From NCBI GenBank assembly GCA_044376115.1, contig JBILLK010000012.1:128001-192000 (forward strand): DNA of 64,000 nucleotides, read 5' to 3'. The position numbers and the translations under genes were made by a program. The notes under the pieces were generated by a model. That model worked only from the letters and a program-made list of their open reading frames with translations, was not told the DNA's origin and did not search any database. Shown in pieces: positions 40,564 to 53,401 of the stretch. The stretch is from Polyangiaceae bacterium (lineage in GTDB: Bacteria; Myxococcota_A; Polyangia; Polyangiales; Polyangiaceae). Every line of letters starts with the position of its first letter. Within the stretch, counting starts at the first letter, position 1.

Positions 40564-41348
40564 GCTTTTGTTGGAGACTCTGACTGCTTCGTAATCGACG
40601 CAATGAATCGACTTAGGACAACCCAATAGATGTCCGACCGCGAGAGATCGTTGTGACCGCAGCCTGGCAGCAGCACCTTCGTCCGGTGAGCATTAGGGAG
40701 CGCTGAAAAGGTCCCCTCCGCTTCCGCGGCCGGTACGATCTGATCGTCCTCGCCATGAAGGACCAGCGCGGGAACATGGCAATGACTAAACTTGGGCATC
40801 GGATCGAGCACGGCTAAATCATCAGTAGACAGCGGAGCCCCAAGCTCAAACCTTCGGCGCTTCGCCACCCCCTCCAAGTCGGAGGAGACGCTCTCGAAGA
40901 TGAATCCGGCCACTTCTGGCCGCTCCAAACGACATATCTCCGCCGCCATCGCCCCGCCGAGTGAGCGCCCCATGACAACCAGCGCTCGGCGCCGCACAAG
41001 TTTGACGACAGCATCAAGCACGGGTGCGGCGTCGCCAATAGACGCACGCAAGGTGGGTGTGCCAGTGCTTTGGCCGTAGCCCCGAAAATCGACAACCGCA
41101 AGCGATGCTCCGGCCCGTTGTTCGTAAACGTCGGCCAACTCATCGTAGTCAGCCACGACCTCGCCGTTGCCGTGAAACAACAGAATGAGCGCTTCCGTGG
41201 CCGGTCGCTCATGAATCCGAACGTGAAGTTTTGCGCCGTCCGCGACATCTACAAACAAGTCCTTGGACCCCGGCGGTTTGGGCGACTTGTCACGACGAGC
41301 AAAGAAGAGGGCGCGATTGAATTCCGGGCGATCGAAGATCGTCGTCAC
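40560..41348 (-). CDS. Alpha/beta hydrolase (ABHD-like)
   Basis: FHGNGE, DFRGYGQSTG, GRSLGG nucleophile, LHGEDDQIVP, GHND. Confidence 0.92.
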   Translation of the reverse strand: MTTIFDRPEFNRALFFARRDKSPKPPGSKDLFVDVADGAKLHVRIHERPATEALILLFHGNGEVVADYDELADVYEQRAGASLAVVDFRGYGQSTGTPTLRASIGDAAPVLDAVVKLVRRRALVVMGRSLGGAMAAEICRLERPEVAGFIFESVSSDLEGVAKRRRFELGAPLSTDDLAVLDPMPKFSHCHVPALVLHGEDDQIVPAAEAEGTFSALPNAHRTKVLLPGCGHNDLSRSDIYWVVLSRFIASITKQSESPTKA

Positions 41349-41430
41349 GCCTGAATCATGGTGAGTTTTGTGTCCGCTGCCAAGCTCCGATCTTCATGAC
41401 CCAACATTGGCAAGGTTTCAGGTCGGGCAC

Positions 41431-41760
41431 TCACAGGTCCGTCGGGTCATCGTAGCGCTCGGCGATGCGTAGCACTTCCTTCCGAAGCGCATCGTGCGCA
41501 ATGAGCTTGCGGAAGAGCTGCCAGAGCGCGGGATCAGCCAACACTTGCATGGTGGTGGCGCCTTTTCTCGCCGCTCTTGGAACGGCGCCTGCCCCTCGCA
41601 CCCGAAGTTTCATCAGTTCAGTCACGTGTTGCTTGGTCGCAAAGAGCTCACCGCGCTCCCAAGCCAGAACAACCTCTTGTTCAACGCCAATAGCAGCTGC
41701 CAAGTCTCTTGCGGTTACACCAAGCTCTTTGCGCAATGCCTTGAGTTCTTCGGCGTCCAT
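41431..41760 (-). CDS. XRE-family HTH protein
   Basis: LKALRKELGVTARDLAAAIGVEQEVVLAWERG. Confidence 0.85.
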   Translation of the reverse strand: MDAEELKALRKELGVTARDLAAAIGVEQEVVLAWERGELFATKQHVTELMKLRVRGAGAVPRAARKGATTMQVLADPALWQLFRKLIAHDALRKEVLRIAERYDDPTDL

Positions 41761-41832
41761 TCGTGCTCCGTTCGCAGAGCCAGCACAGCGCGGCAACCCC
41801 GACCTTACAATAAAGGGCTCCACACAGGCATG

Positions 41833-43668
41833 CTACGGAACGGGAACAAGGATCACGACCAGGGGCGCGTCTCGGAGGCCCTTCTCGACTGTAAGCTTTC
41901 CACAATGAAGCTCGATGATGCTGCGGGAAAGCCCGAGCGCCAGTGTCAATCCGCGGCCGCCCGCAGCAAGCCCCTGCTCAAACAGAGCTCGAAGCTCTCC
42001 ATCCGTCAACGTAGACGATTCATCGTATTGCACCTCCACGCGACACGCCGAGAGCCTTCTGGCGAACGACGCTCTCGCCACCACCCGTGAAGGCGCACCG
42101 TCGAGCGTTGGGGAGCGCATGGCGTGCGCCAAAATCAGCGCCAGAGCGCGCGATAGGTAGACGGGATCTCCCAAAACGCTCGGATGTACGTCCGCAAGTT
42201 CTAATCGGACATCCGAGGTCGCAGGAGCCAGCCGCCTTGCGAGGCGGCTCGCATCCGAAAACCACACTCGCACATCAACAACGGTAGTAGTCAACGCGAG
42301 TTGCCCGGCGTCGACCCGTGCCGCATCCAAGATTGTCTCGATCAACGCAACCAGCTCGCGACCTCTCGTTGAAATAAGTTCCAGGCTCTCACGCTGCGCC
42401 GAACTGAGCGGCTCGTTATCAATTGACTCAGCGAAACCAACAATTGCGTTGAGCGGACTCTTAAGGTCATGGCTTACGCTCGCAAAGAGCAGACCGCGAG
42501 TGCGTTGAGCGACCTCCTTCGCCTCGAGCGTCCGCTCCTGCGCTGCTGCAAATACGCGAAAGCGATCCATGAGCTGGCGCGCGGCTGCGAGCAGCTGGTC
42601 TATCGCCAGGAAACGCGCGCTGCTACCGGCATGAGCACCACGCAGAACGGCCTCCGTCCCCAGGCTCGAGAGTTCCTGCGTGGCTCGAGCAATATCGCGA
42701 GACACGATTCGCGCTAATACCAGTGACAAGAGCAGCGCAAGACCCAACACCAAACCCGCGCCAACAGCGAGCGGAAACGTAATCTGAAATCCCAGCTCAC
42801 TTCTGAAGCGGACCCTTGCGTTACCCTGCGGTAGCGACACAGTCGTAAGCAACGTACCTTCTGGCTCCCGCTCCATCGATGCGGGCGCGGAGCCTTCCTT
42901 CAACGAAACCTCATATCCCGCATCGCGCGCGGTTCGGCTTGCTGCCCCTTGGCCGGAACTCCGCAGCGAAGCTCCTGCGCCAATCACCCCTCGGCCCAGC
43001 GCAAAGGCAGTCGCCGCGCGACTCTCGTCATGAATTGAACGTAAGTGCGCATAGGTTGCAAGCACACCGCCAACGCCGACCAAGGCGACTGGCGCGACCA
43101 CGGCGAATACAAGATTGACACGACTCAACCGCCGCGGAGCGCCTGTAGTCGAGAGTTCAATGAGGTGGCTCGTTACCGTGTCGAGCGGCGAGGACTCGAG
43201 TAGACGGCCCACGCGAGATTGAACGAGAACGTACCCTGGTACACCAGTCGCCAACGTACTTACCCAACCAAACACGACGAACTCATGCGCTACGGCGACC
43301 GATAGCTCAGCCGGCCTAAGCAGTAGAAACGCAAAGCCCGCTACAAAGCCTACAACCAGGTGCACGACGAGGGTCTGAAGTGGCACTGAGCGCAGTAGTG
43401 CCACGTCAGACTCCTCTACTGCATTCGATCCCAACGCCAGGCTCCGCAGCAAGAAGCGATGCCGTCTGATAATTGAGTAAGTGGCAAGCGAACTCGCCAG
43501 GATCACCCCAAGCGCGATCACAAAGGCTCTAGCGACGACCTGCTCGGCGAGTTCGCCATTGATACGCAGCATAATGGGACCAAACAAAGAAAGAATAATG
43601 AGGGAGGTGAGGCCCATCACCCCTTGCTGCAACACAGTTATCTTATTGAAGGTTAGTGCCACTCTCAC
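41833..43668 (-). CDS. Multi-TM histidine kinase-like protein with degenerate HATPase domain
   Basis: H-box SVSHDLKSPLNAI intact; N, G1 and G2 boxes altered. Confidence 0.85.
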   Translation of the reverse strand: MRVALTFNKITVLQQGVMGLTSLIILSLFGPIMLRINGELAEQVVARAFVIALGVILASSLATYSIIRRHRFLLRSLALGSNAVEESDVALLRSVPLQTLVVHLVVGFVAGFAFLLLRPAELSVAVAHEFVVFGWVSTLATGVPGYVLVQSRVGRLLESSPLDTVTSHLIELSTTGAPRRLSRVNLVFAVVAPVALVGVGGVLATYAHLRSIHDESRAATAFALGRGVIGAGASLRSSGQGAASRTARDAGYEVSLKEGSAPASMEREPEGTLLTTVSLPQGNARVRFRSELGFQITFPLAVGAGLVLGLALLLSLVLARIVSRDIARATQELSSLGTEAVLRGAHAGSSARFLAIDQLLAAARQLMDRFRVFAAAQERTLEAKEVAQRTRGLLFASVSHDLKSPLNAIVGFAESIDNEPLSSAQRESLELISTRGRELVALIETILDAARVDAGQLALTTTVVDVRVWFSDASRLARRLAPATSDVRLELADVHPSVLGDPVYLSRALALILAHAMRSPTLDGAPSRVVARASFARRLSACRVEVQYDESSTLTDGELRALFEQGLAAGGRGLTLALGLSRSIIELHCGKLTVEKGLRDAPLVVILVPVP

Positions 43669-45185
43669 GGACTACTCACCGGCGGGGGCAGAATCGAGGT
43701 TAAGCTGGCGTCAGGAACCTCTTGCTCCGCGTTGATGGCCAGAGGCAGTGTTGCGACGAATCGCGACCCCCCCGCTGGATTGGTCTCCACCCATACTCCA
43801 CCACCGTGCAGTTCAACCAAACGCTTCACCGTAGCCAAGCCAAGGCCGGCACCACCATGCCGGAGGTGCGTCTGCGCAACCTGCTTGTAGGCCTCGAATA
43901 TCGTCAACCGTGCGTTCTCCGGGACCCCGAGTCCAGTATCGTCCACGCTCAACAGCACCATGTCTCCGCGCGTCTCGAGACTCACGGTAACTGACCCACG
44001 GGACGTAAACTTCACCGCATTAGAAACGAGATTGGTAACGATCTGCCGTACCCGACGTTTATCAACATTGGCGAACACGGGCTGTGGAGACTCTACGGCG
44101 AGTCGAAGCCCCTTGTGCTTCGCCAATGCCCGAGCCTCCCTCACAACCTCACTGCAAAGCTTGCTCAGCTCCACAACCCCGCGACTCAGCTTGAGCTGAT
44201 CGACCTCCAGCAGAGAGAGATCGAGAATATCGTCAATCAGAGTCCGCAGATGCTCGCCACTAGTTCGTATTACCTCAATTGACTCTCGCGTATCGACTGT
44301 GAGAGGGCCGTCTACTTCGGATTCGAGGACGTGCGAAAAGCCAAGGATCGCGTTTAGAGGAGTACGTAGCTCGTGGCTGAGCCCGGCGAGGAACTCAAGG
44401 CGATCCTTGTCGGTTTGCGCCGCCTCCAAGAGGTCAGCACGGTAGCTCTTTTCAGCGGCGGTGAAGCGGTCCACAAGGATGTTGAACGCCGCGGTCAGTT
44501 GACCGACCTCGTCGAAGCTACGCACCGGGATTGTTACGTCACTGGCCTGGGTCCTGTGGCTAACCAATAGAGAGTCTTGCTCTTTGCGCGGGCCAGCCTT
44601 TGGACTAGCAAGGCCGCGAATTCGTTCACCTACATAGAGAATTTCGCTATTGGCCGCCCGCGCGTAGCTGGAGGTTACTGCTACAGCAAGCCCGATCAGC
44701 AACGCGGTCAGAGCGAGTACGGCGCTGGCGAAGTCGCGTGCCTCAATGGGCTCGCTCGGGGCCTCGATGAAGGCGATGACCGAAAGATGTTCCAGCGGGG
44801 GCCCCAAGGGGTGACTGGCAAAGCGGAATCGACCTCGATCGTCCTCGGTCACCCCCTCCCCAGCAACCAGGAAGTCATGCAGCTGGGCTGTCGTTGAAGC
44901 ATGTTTGCCCTCATCCACAACCGCGCTGCCATCCGACTGCGTGAGCACAACGTTCAAGTCGGCTTCACGAGCAACTGCTCGCAACAGGGGCTCGCGATCC
45001 TCGAGCGCGGTAAAGCGCAGACGACTTGCTAACGTGCCAGCAATTACGCGCGCCCTATGCTGTGCCTCGAGGTCCGTTTCCCTTCGGATCTGATTTCGGC
45101 CGATTACAACCACAACCACGGCCGCGACGAGCCCGAGCACAACCACGAGTGCTGGTGCCGCGAGTTGAAGGGGCAGTTTTCGCAT
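43665..45185 (-). CDS. Membrane sensor histidine kinase (HAMP)
   Basis: Two TMs, HAMP DEVGQLTAAFN, SHELRTPLN, NLVSNAVKF, DTGLG, GAGLGL. Confidence 0.95.
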   Translation of the reverse strand: MRKLPLQLAAPALVVVLGLVAAVVVVVIGRNQIRRETDLEAQHRARVIAGTLASRLRFTALEDREPLLRAVAREADLNVVLTQSDGSAVVDEGKHASTTAQLHDFLVAGEGVTEDDRGRFRFASHPLGPPLEHLSVIAFIEAPSEPIEARDFASAVLALTALLIGLAVAVTSSYARAANSEILYVGERIRGLASPKAGPRKEQDSLLVSHRTQASDVTIPVRSFDEVGQLTAAFNILVDRFTAAEKSYRADLLEAAQTDKDRLEFLAGLSHELRTPLNAILGFSHVLESEVDGPLTVDTRESIEVIRTSGEHLRTLIDDILDLSLLEVDQLKLSRGVVELSKLCSEVVREARALAKHKGLRLAVESPQPVFANVDKRRVRQIVTNLVSNAVKFTSRGSVTVSLETRGDMVLLSVDDTGLGVPENARLTIFEAYKQVAQTHLRHGGAGLGLATVKRLVELHGGGVWVETNPAGGSRFVATLPLAINAEQEVPDASLTSILPPPVSSP

Positions 45186-45355
45186 CGAGAAACTTACTTG
45201 AGCCTATCCGACTCAGCCCAACTCGACGGAACCGTCGTTGTCGAGCTTCGAATGTAGACAGGACGGGCGTCACCGCGAAGAGGCGTCCGGTCTACGTATG
45301 ACGGATTCTCCGGTTCGATCGACTCTTCAAACGTGTAGTAGCTTCGCTTTACCGC

Positions 45356-45930
45356 TCAGAAGCCATCAGTCGCAAGCAACGCGAAGGTTGCGTGATCCAG
45401 CCAACGGCCATCACACCACTCCGCCTGCCGCGCGATACCTTCGAAGCGAAAGCCGAGCCGGCCGATCACTTTGAGCGAGCGATGATTGTCAGTTGAAGCT
45501 GCGACCTTTGTGCGGTGAACAGCCATGCGACGGAACGCGAACTCGACGCAGCCACGAGCCGCCTCCGTCATGAACCCTCGGCTGTGGGCCTCATTTCGAA
45601 GCCAATAGCCTAGCTCCACAGAGCGATGCATGTGGACGCATTGCTCGAGCCCAACAATACCGAGCAACGAACCTGTGCCCTTCTCGCGGATGGTAAAGCG
45701 AATCGCGCGTCCCTGGTCCCAGTCGGCCGCACAGGCCTCGGCAAACCGCCCGCTCGAAACCGGGTCGACATGATATTGGACCCAAGGAAGCCACCGCTGA
45801 AGCGTCGCGCGCGAGCCGTTCACCGCAAACCAAAGGTCGTGACCATCTGCTGGATCGACCGGCAGCAAGAGCAGCCGCTCTGTCTCGACGGGACGCTTGT
45901 GAAGGTCCGAACGCGAGGGAATCGCAAGCA

Positions 45931-45931
<1 letters not shown>
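45356..45931 (-). CDS. GNAT N-acetyltransferase, RimJ/RimL family
   Basis: ETERLLL, LQRWLPW, ELGYWL, GFMTEA, NHRSLKVIGRLGFRFEG. Start overlaps the kinase stop by 1 bp. Confidence 0.92.
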
Positions 45932-49019
<3,088 letters not shown>

Positions 49020-49107
49020 CCAGTCAGCCAAGTTTCGCGAGCGGTCGACGGCGCCCAGTGGCGCGCGGCGACCAATACTCCACCAAAGGTGGATGCAGTG
49101 AACAGAA

Positions 49108-49198
49108 TGACGCGTGCCTTCTGCGAGAAGGACGGCCGAAGGCCCCACTGGTCCTTCGACTTGGCACGAGTCAGTTACCAACCATGAGGAACGAAGGA
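49108..49198 (+). promoter_or_regulatory. Putative structured RNA element in glnA leader
   Basis: TGACGCGTGCC(49108-18)/GGCACGAGTCA(49163-73); GAAGGAC(49127-33)/GTCCTTC(49151-57); GGCC-GAA-GGCC. TCCTTCG also complements the RBS CGAAGGA(49192-98). Confidence 0.4.
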
Positions 49199-49203
49199 AC
49201 GCC

Positions 49204-50610
49204 ATGACACCGAAAGAGGTCATCGAGTACGCAACGAAGAACAACGTCGAATACCTAGACCTGAAGTTTGTCGACCTGCCCGGCATGCTCCAGCACACGA
49301 CGTTGCCGGTTAACCGGCTGGATGAAGCGCTGTTTGAGGACGGCATCGGATTCGACGGCTCATCGATTCGGGGATGGCAGCCGATCAACGCCTCGGACAT
49401 GTCGATGATACCGATGGCCGAGACGGCCAAACTCGACCCCTTCTACAAACGGCCGACGCTCAGCCTATTGTGCAAGATCGTCGACCCGATCACGGGCCAA
49501 CCGTATGGCCGTGATCCCCGCTACATCGCACAAAAGGCGGAAGCGCATCTTCGGGCGAGCGGCATTGCTGACACTTCGTATTTCGGGCCGGAAGCAGAGT
49601 TCTTCCTGTTCGACTCCGTCCGCTACGAGAACGCCCAGAAGGGAGCGTTCTACGAAATCGACAGCGCTGAGGCTCACTGGAATACCGGTACCGCGTCGCT
49701 CGGACACAAGGTTCGACCGAAGGAGGGCTACTTCCCCGTCCCACCGAACGACACGTTGGGAGATATCCGCAACGACATCATGAGCACCCTCACTGAGACC
49801 GGGATCACGGTCGAAGTGGGCCACCACGAAGTGGCCGCAGCAGGTCAGTGCGAAGTGGGCATCAAGTTCAACACCCTGACCAAGATGGCCGACGACCTGC
49901 TCTGGTTCAAATACGTGGTGAAGAACGTTGCGCGCAGGCACGGAAAAACCGCGACCTTCATGCCGAAGCCCGTGTTCGGCGACAACGGCAGCGGCATGCA
50001 CTGCCATCAGTCACTATGGAAGGCCGGCAAGCCACTGTTCGCAGGCGACGGCTATGCAGGCATGAGCGAAATCGGGTTGCACTACATTGGTGGCATCCTC
50101 AAGCACGCCAAGGCGCTCGCGGCGCTGACCAACCCGACGACGAACAGCTATCGACGCTTGGTTCCCGGCTATGAAGCGCCGGTTAATCTCGCGTATTCAA
50201 GCCGCAACCGCTCCGCGTCGATCCGTATCCCCGTTGTTGCGGGCAACTCGGCGAAGGCTCGTCGCATTGAGGTGCGCTTCCCCGATGCCACGTGCAACCC
50301 GTACTTGGCGTTCGCTGCGATGATGATGGCCGGCCTCGACGGCGTCATCAACAAGATCGACCCGGGCGATCCGCTCGACAAGGACATCTACGCGCTCTCA
50401 CCCGAAGAGCTCAAGAACGTCCCCACGATGCCTGGCTCGCTAACCGAGGGAATTGATGCCCTCCGCAAGGACCATGAGTTCCTCCTCCGCGGCGACGTCT
50501 TCACACAGGACCTGCTTGAAACGTGGATCGACTACAAGATTGAGCGTGAAGTGGATCCGGTTCGGCTGCGCCCGGTCCCCTACGAGTTCTACCTCTACTT
50601 CGACGTCTGA
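49204..50610 (+). CDS. glnA: Glutamine synthetase type I (GSI-beta)
   Basis: [58 protein letters not shown]; adenylylation-site Tyr in DKDIY. Confidence 0.98.
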   Translation: MTPKEVIEYATKNNVEYLDLKFVDLPGMLQHTTLPVNRLDEALFEDGIGFDGSSIRGWQPINASDMSMIPMAETAKLDPFYKRPTLSLLCKIVDPITGQPYGRDPRYIAQKAEAHLRASGIADTSYFGPEAEFFLFDSVRYENAQKGAFYEIDSAEAHWNTGTASLGHKVRPKEGYFPVPPNDTLGDIRNDIMSTLTETGITVEVGHHEVAAAGQCEVGIKFNTLTKMADDLLWFKYVVKNVARRHGKTATFMPKPVFGDNGSGMHCHQSLWKAGKPLFAGDGYAGMSEIGLHYIGGILKHAKALAALTNPTTNSYRRLVPGYEAPVNLAYSSRNRSASIRIPVVAGNSAKARRIEVRFPDATCNPYLAFAAMMMAGLDGVINKIDPGDPLDKDIYALSPEELKNVPTMPGSLTEGIDALRKDHEFLLRGDVFTQDLLETWIDYKIEREVDPVRLRPVPYEFYLYFDV

Positions 50611-50628
50611 CCTGGTCGCTACAAGACG

Positions 50629-50667
50629 AAGGCCTCACTGGTTTCACCGGTGAGGCCTTTTGCTTTT
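50629..50667 (+). terminator. Rho-independent terminator after glnA
   Basis: AAGGCCTCACTGG-TTTCA-CCGGTGAGGCCTT followed by TTGCTTTT. Confidence 0.85.
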
Positions 50668-50707
50668 GGAATAACGCATCAACCTTCGGTTGAAGGCGAC
50701 GGGTGGC

Positions 50708-51502
50708 TCAGCTGGCTTGCGTCACCCGCTCGCTTGGCCCGCGCATCGTGGCTTGCTCCACGCCATCGTAAACCGCGCCAACGGGGTTACGGAAGGTGCC
50801 CCAAAGTCGGTCGCAGATAGTGAAGAACTGGCCGTAGTTGTGCTTGTTCGCCTTGTGATGGAGGGTGTGGCAAGCCGTGAAGTTCACGAGCGGGTTTCGG
50901 ACCCAGGTCACTCGCTCGTGAATGAACGTGGACCACACCTGCAAGAAGATGATGAACCCTGCGTAGACTCCAACGTGGACTGGGAACAGGAATGCGCACA
51001 GGTGATGTGGAACCGCCTGCATGAAGCTATCCACTGGGTGAAACGCCATACTCGTCCATGGTGATGGCTGGCGAAATTGATGATGGTGAAGGTGAAGGTG
51101 CTTGTAGAGGAAGGGAACGTGCAGGATGCGGTGAGCCCAATAAACAAGCGGCTCGGTGATGACGAGGATCGCCACCACGCTCCCGATCAAGTACGGCCAC
51201 CCGCGCTCACTAACGTCAAAGTAGACCTTCGATTGCCCCTGCACGATCCAGTGATGAACCGGCGCCGTTAGGATGCCGTTGCCCACGACGTTATAAAACG
51301 CCCACTTCCATTCCTTCTTCCGCTGCTCGCGTTCCTTCTGAACGTCGTCGTTGGGAAAGAATCGGGAGCGTCGCAGCACGCAGTAGTAGAGCCAGCTCGT
51401 CCCCGAGGTGATTGGGAAAAAGAGCAGCCCACCGATGGTAAGCGCGAGGAAGGAGCCCAGTAGGGTCTTGGGGGCAATGATGGCTTCGAGGAAGGGATGC
51501 AC
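50708..51502 (-). CDS. Sterol desaturase family protein, C-5 desaturase (ERG3/SC5D)-like
   Basis: His boxes HRILH, HLHHH, HTLHH; AFHPVD; NYGQFFTICDRLWGTF. Confidence 0.88.
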   Translation of the reverse strand: MHPFLEAIIAPKTLLGSFLALTIGGLLFFPITSGTSWLYYCVLRRSRFFPNDDVQKEREQRKKEWKWAFYNVVGNGILTAPVHHWIVQGQSKVYFDVSERGWPYLIGSVVAILVITEPLVYWAHRILHVPFLYKHLHLHHHQFRQPSPWTSMAFHPVDSFMQAVPHHLCAFLFPVHVGVYAGFIIFLQVWSTFIHERVTWVRNPLVNFTACHTLHHKANKHNYGQFFTICDRLWGTFRNPVGAVYDGVEQATMRGPSERVTQAS

Positions 51503-51725
51503 GCCCAGATCTCCGGCGACAAGGGCCCACCAAGGCGATGAGCGGCCTTCCTGTTAGCAGAATCGCAAAGGAGCGTCTCTCGGTTGAAGCATGGGTGAAC
51601 AGGTATGAAGGCCAATCTGCCTGCGTGCACCCTGCTCGGCCGAACCGACGCTGGTAGATTTTCAACGCCAGCATCGAAGTTTCCAGAACAAATCGGTCGC
51701 GCTTGGTTTACGTTCGGGCCGGAGC

Positions 51726-52796
51726 GTGCAATCCGGCGAACTTATTCAGTCGCGCTATCGCCTCAACCGTCTGCTCGGTTCGGGTGCTAGTGGATCCGTG
51801 TGGGCCGCGAAGAACGAGCTCATCGATCGCGACGTTGCGCTCAAGATCATGCGGCCCGACGTGGCGGAAGAGCCCGTGGCGCTGCAACGCTTCTTTAACG
51901 AGGCGAAGGCTAGCGGCCGCGTTCGGAGCTCAAGCATCGTTGAGATTCTCGACCTCGGGCAGGCAGAGAACGGCTCTCCCTTCCTCGTCTTCGAGTTACT
52001 CGACGGCGAGGGGCTCGACCAGCGACTCGGGCGTGAGTCTACGCTCGACCCCGAGTTCGGCTGCGAGATGTTCGTCGCCGTCGCAAAGGCGCTGGATCTA
52101 GCGCACAGCCAAGGCATCATTCACCGCGACCTGAAGCCGGCCAACATCTACCTGCACCGAGATCCCGAAGGAAATTTCGTCGCAAAGATCCTGGACTTCG
52201 GGATCAGCAAGGTGTTCGAAACCAACAACAACTTCACGCTCACTCACGCTGGGACGGTCGTCGGTTCGCCGGCGTACATGTCGCCCGAGCAGGCTTCGGG
52301 ACGCGAGGATCTCGACGGGCGTGCTGACGTTTGGTCGCTGGGCGTAGTGATGTATGAGGCCTTCTCCGGCACGCTTCCCCACGAAGCGCCGAACTACAAC
52401 GCGTTGATGGTGCGGATTCTCACGCAAGACGTTGATCCGCTGGTTACGCGCAAGCCGGACCTGCCGCTAGCTCTCGCAACGGTGGTGGACGCGTGTTTGC
52501 GCAGAGAACGCGATCAGCGCACCTCATCGGCTGGCGTGGTGGCGCAACAGCTCGAGCGGGCGCTCAATGAATTGCGCGCCCTTCGCTTTCGTTCTGCAGG
52601 CAGGCGCGCCTCGGATCGGGCCCAGGGCAATTTCAAGCGTCGCGCCACCGACTTCGCGCCGGAACAACCTGGAAAAAACCGCATACCGGCGAGCATTGCC
52701 AATGCTCCGGCGCCGCAGAAATTGCTGATCGCGGCTGGACTGGGAGCCGTCCTCGGCGGCTGCCTCGTGGCAATCCTGTTCTTGCTCTTACGCTAG
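51726..52796 (+). CDS. Ser/Thr kinase with C-terminal membrane anchor
   Basis: GSGASGSV, VALK, HRDLKPAN, DFG, YMSPEQ; terminal TM. Confidence 0.93.
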   Translation: MQSGELIQSRYRLNRLLGSGASGSVWAAKNELIDRDVALKIMRPDVAEEPVALQRFFNEAKASGRVRSSSIVEILDLGQAENGSPFLVFELLDGEGLDQRLGRESTLDPEFGCEMFVAVAKALDLAHSQGIIHRDLKPANIYLHRDPEGNFVAKILDFGISKVFETNNNFTLTHAGTVVGSPAYMSPEQASGREDLDGRADVWSLGVVMYEAFSGTLPHEAPNYNALMVRILTQDVDPLVTRKPDLPLALATVVDACLRRERDQRTSSAGVVAQQLERALNELRALRFRSAGRRASDRAQGNFKRRATDFAPEQPGKNRIPASIANAPAPQKLLIAAGLGAVLGGCLVAILFLLLR

Positions 52797-53389
52797 GCCT
52801 CGTCGCACACCATGTAGCCGTCGGGCAAACCGCTCCGGCTGTCTGTGCAGGTGCCTTCGGTGCACGTGTCGGGTGTCTCATTGCAAAGCTCCGAGACGCC
52901 GTCACATTGAGGCACACACTTTGTACCGCTCATCTCGTCGCCGCAACACGACAGGCCGCCACAATCCTCAGGTCCATCACAGGCGGCTGCAACGAATGGG
53001 CCCTCACATGTATCAGAGCACGAGGCCGACCCCGCGCCATTGTTGAAGCAGCAGACCTGGTTGACGCATAGGTCTCCGTTGCAATTGACTGAGACGACCG
53101 AGGTTGCGCCACCACCTCCGTCAGCGCTCGAACCTCCAACAGAGCTCGAGCCTCCTACGGCGCGGGAGCCTCCATCAGCGCTCGAGCCTCCGTCAGCGCT
53201 CGAACCGCCGCTCGAGGCACCACCATTGATTGCAGCGCCGCCGGTAGAACCTCCCGCTGAAGAACCTCCATCGAGGCTGGTTCCACCAGCACCACCGCGG
53301 CCCGGACTTTCACCACCGAACCCAAACTGGTCAAAGTCCTGCGTGCAACTGGACAGAGCGAGGGCAACAACGAAGGAAGCGAATCGCAT
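52793..53389 (-). CDS. Lipoprotein with Gly/Ser linker and Cys-rich C-terminal domain
   Basis: Lipobox LSSC; GGSSAD repeats; CDGPEDC..CC and many further Cys. Confidence 0.8.
   Translation of the reverse strand: MRFASFVVALALSSCTQDFDQFGFGGESPGRGGAGGTSLDGGSSAGGSTGGAAINGGASSGGSSADGGSSADGGSRAVGGSSSVGGSSADGGGGATSVVSVNCNGDLCVNQVCCFNNGAGSASCSDTCEGPFVAAACDGPEDCGGLSCCGDEMSGTKCVPQCDGVSELCNETPDTCTEGTCTDSRSGLPDGYMVCDEA
53115..53204. repeat. Five degenerate 18-bp tandem units (coding GGSSAD-like)
   Basis: CCTCCGTCAGCGCTCGAA and variants at 53115, 53133, 53151, 53169 and 53187. Confidence 0.8.
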
Positions 53390-53401
53390 AAGTTCCTCGG
53401 A

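Noticed and set aside
41431..41760. XRE HTH as an antitoxin or prophage repressor
   Set aside because: No adjacent toxin or phage genes; it trails a histidine kinase run.
49162..49178. TGGCACG resembling a sigma-54 -24 box before glnA
   Set aside because: No GC at the required GG-N10-GC spacing (TT is found there); the sequence also fits the RNA stem described above.
53115..53204. 18-bp repeats as a possible CRISPR array
   Set aside because: Contiguous, in-frame coding repeats with no spacers and no cas genes.
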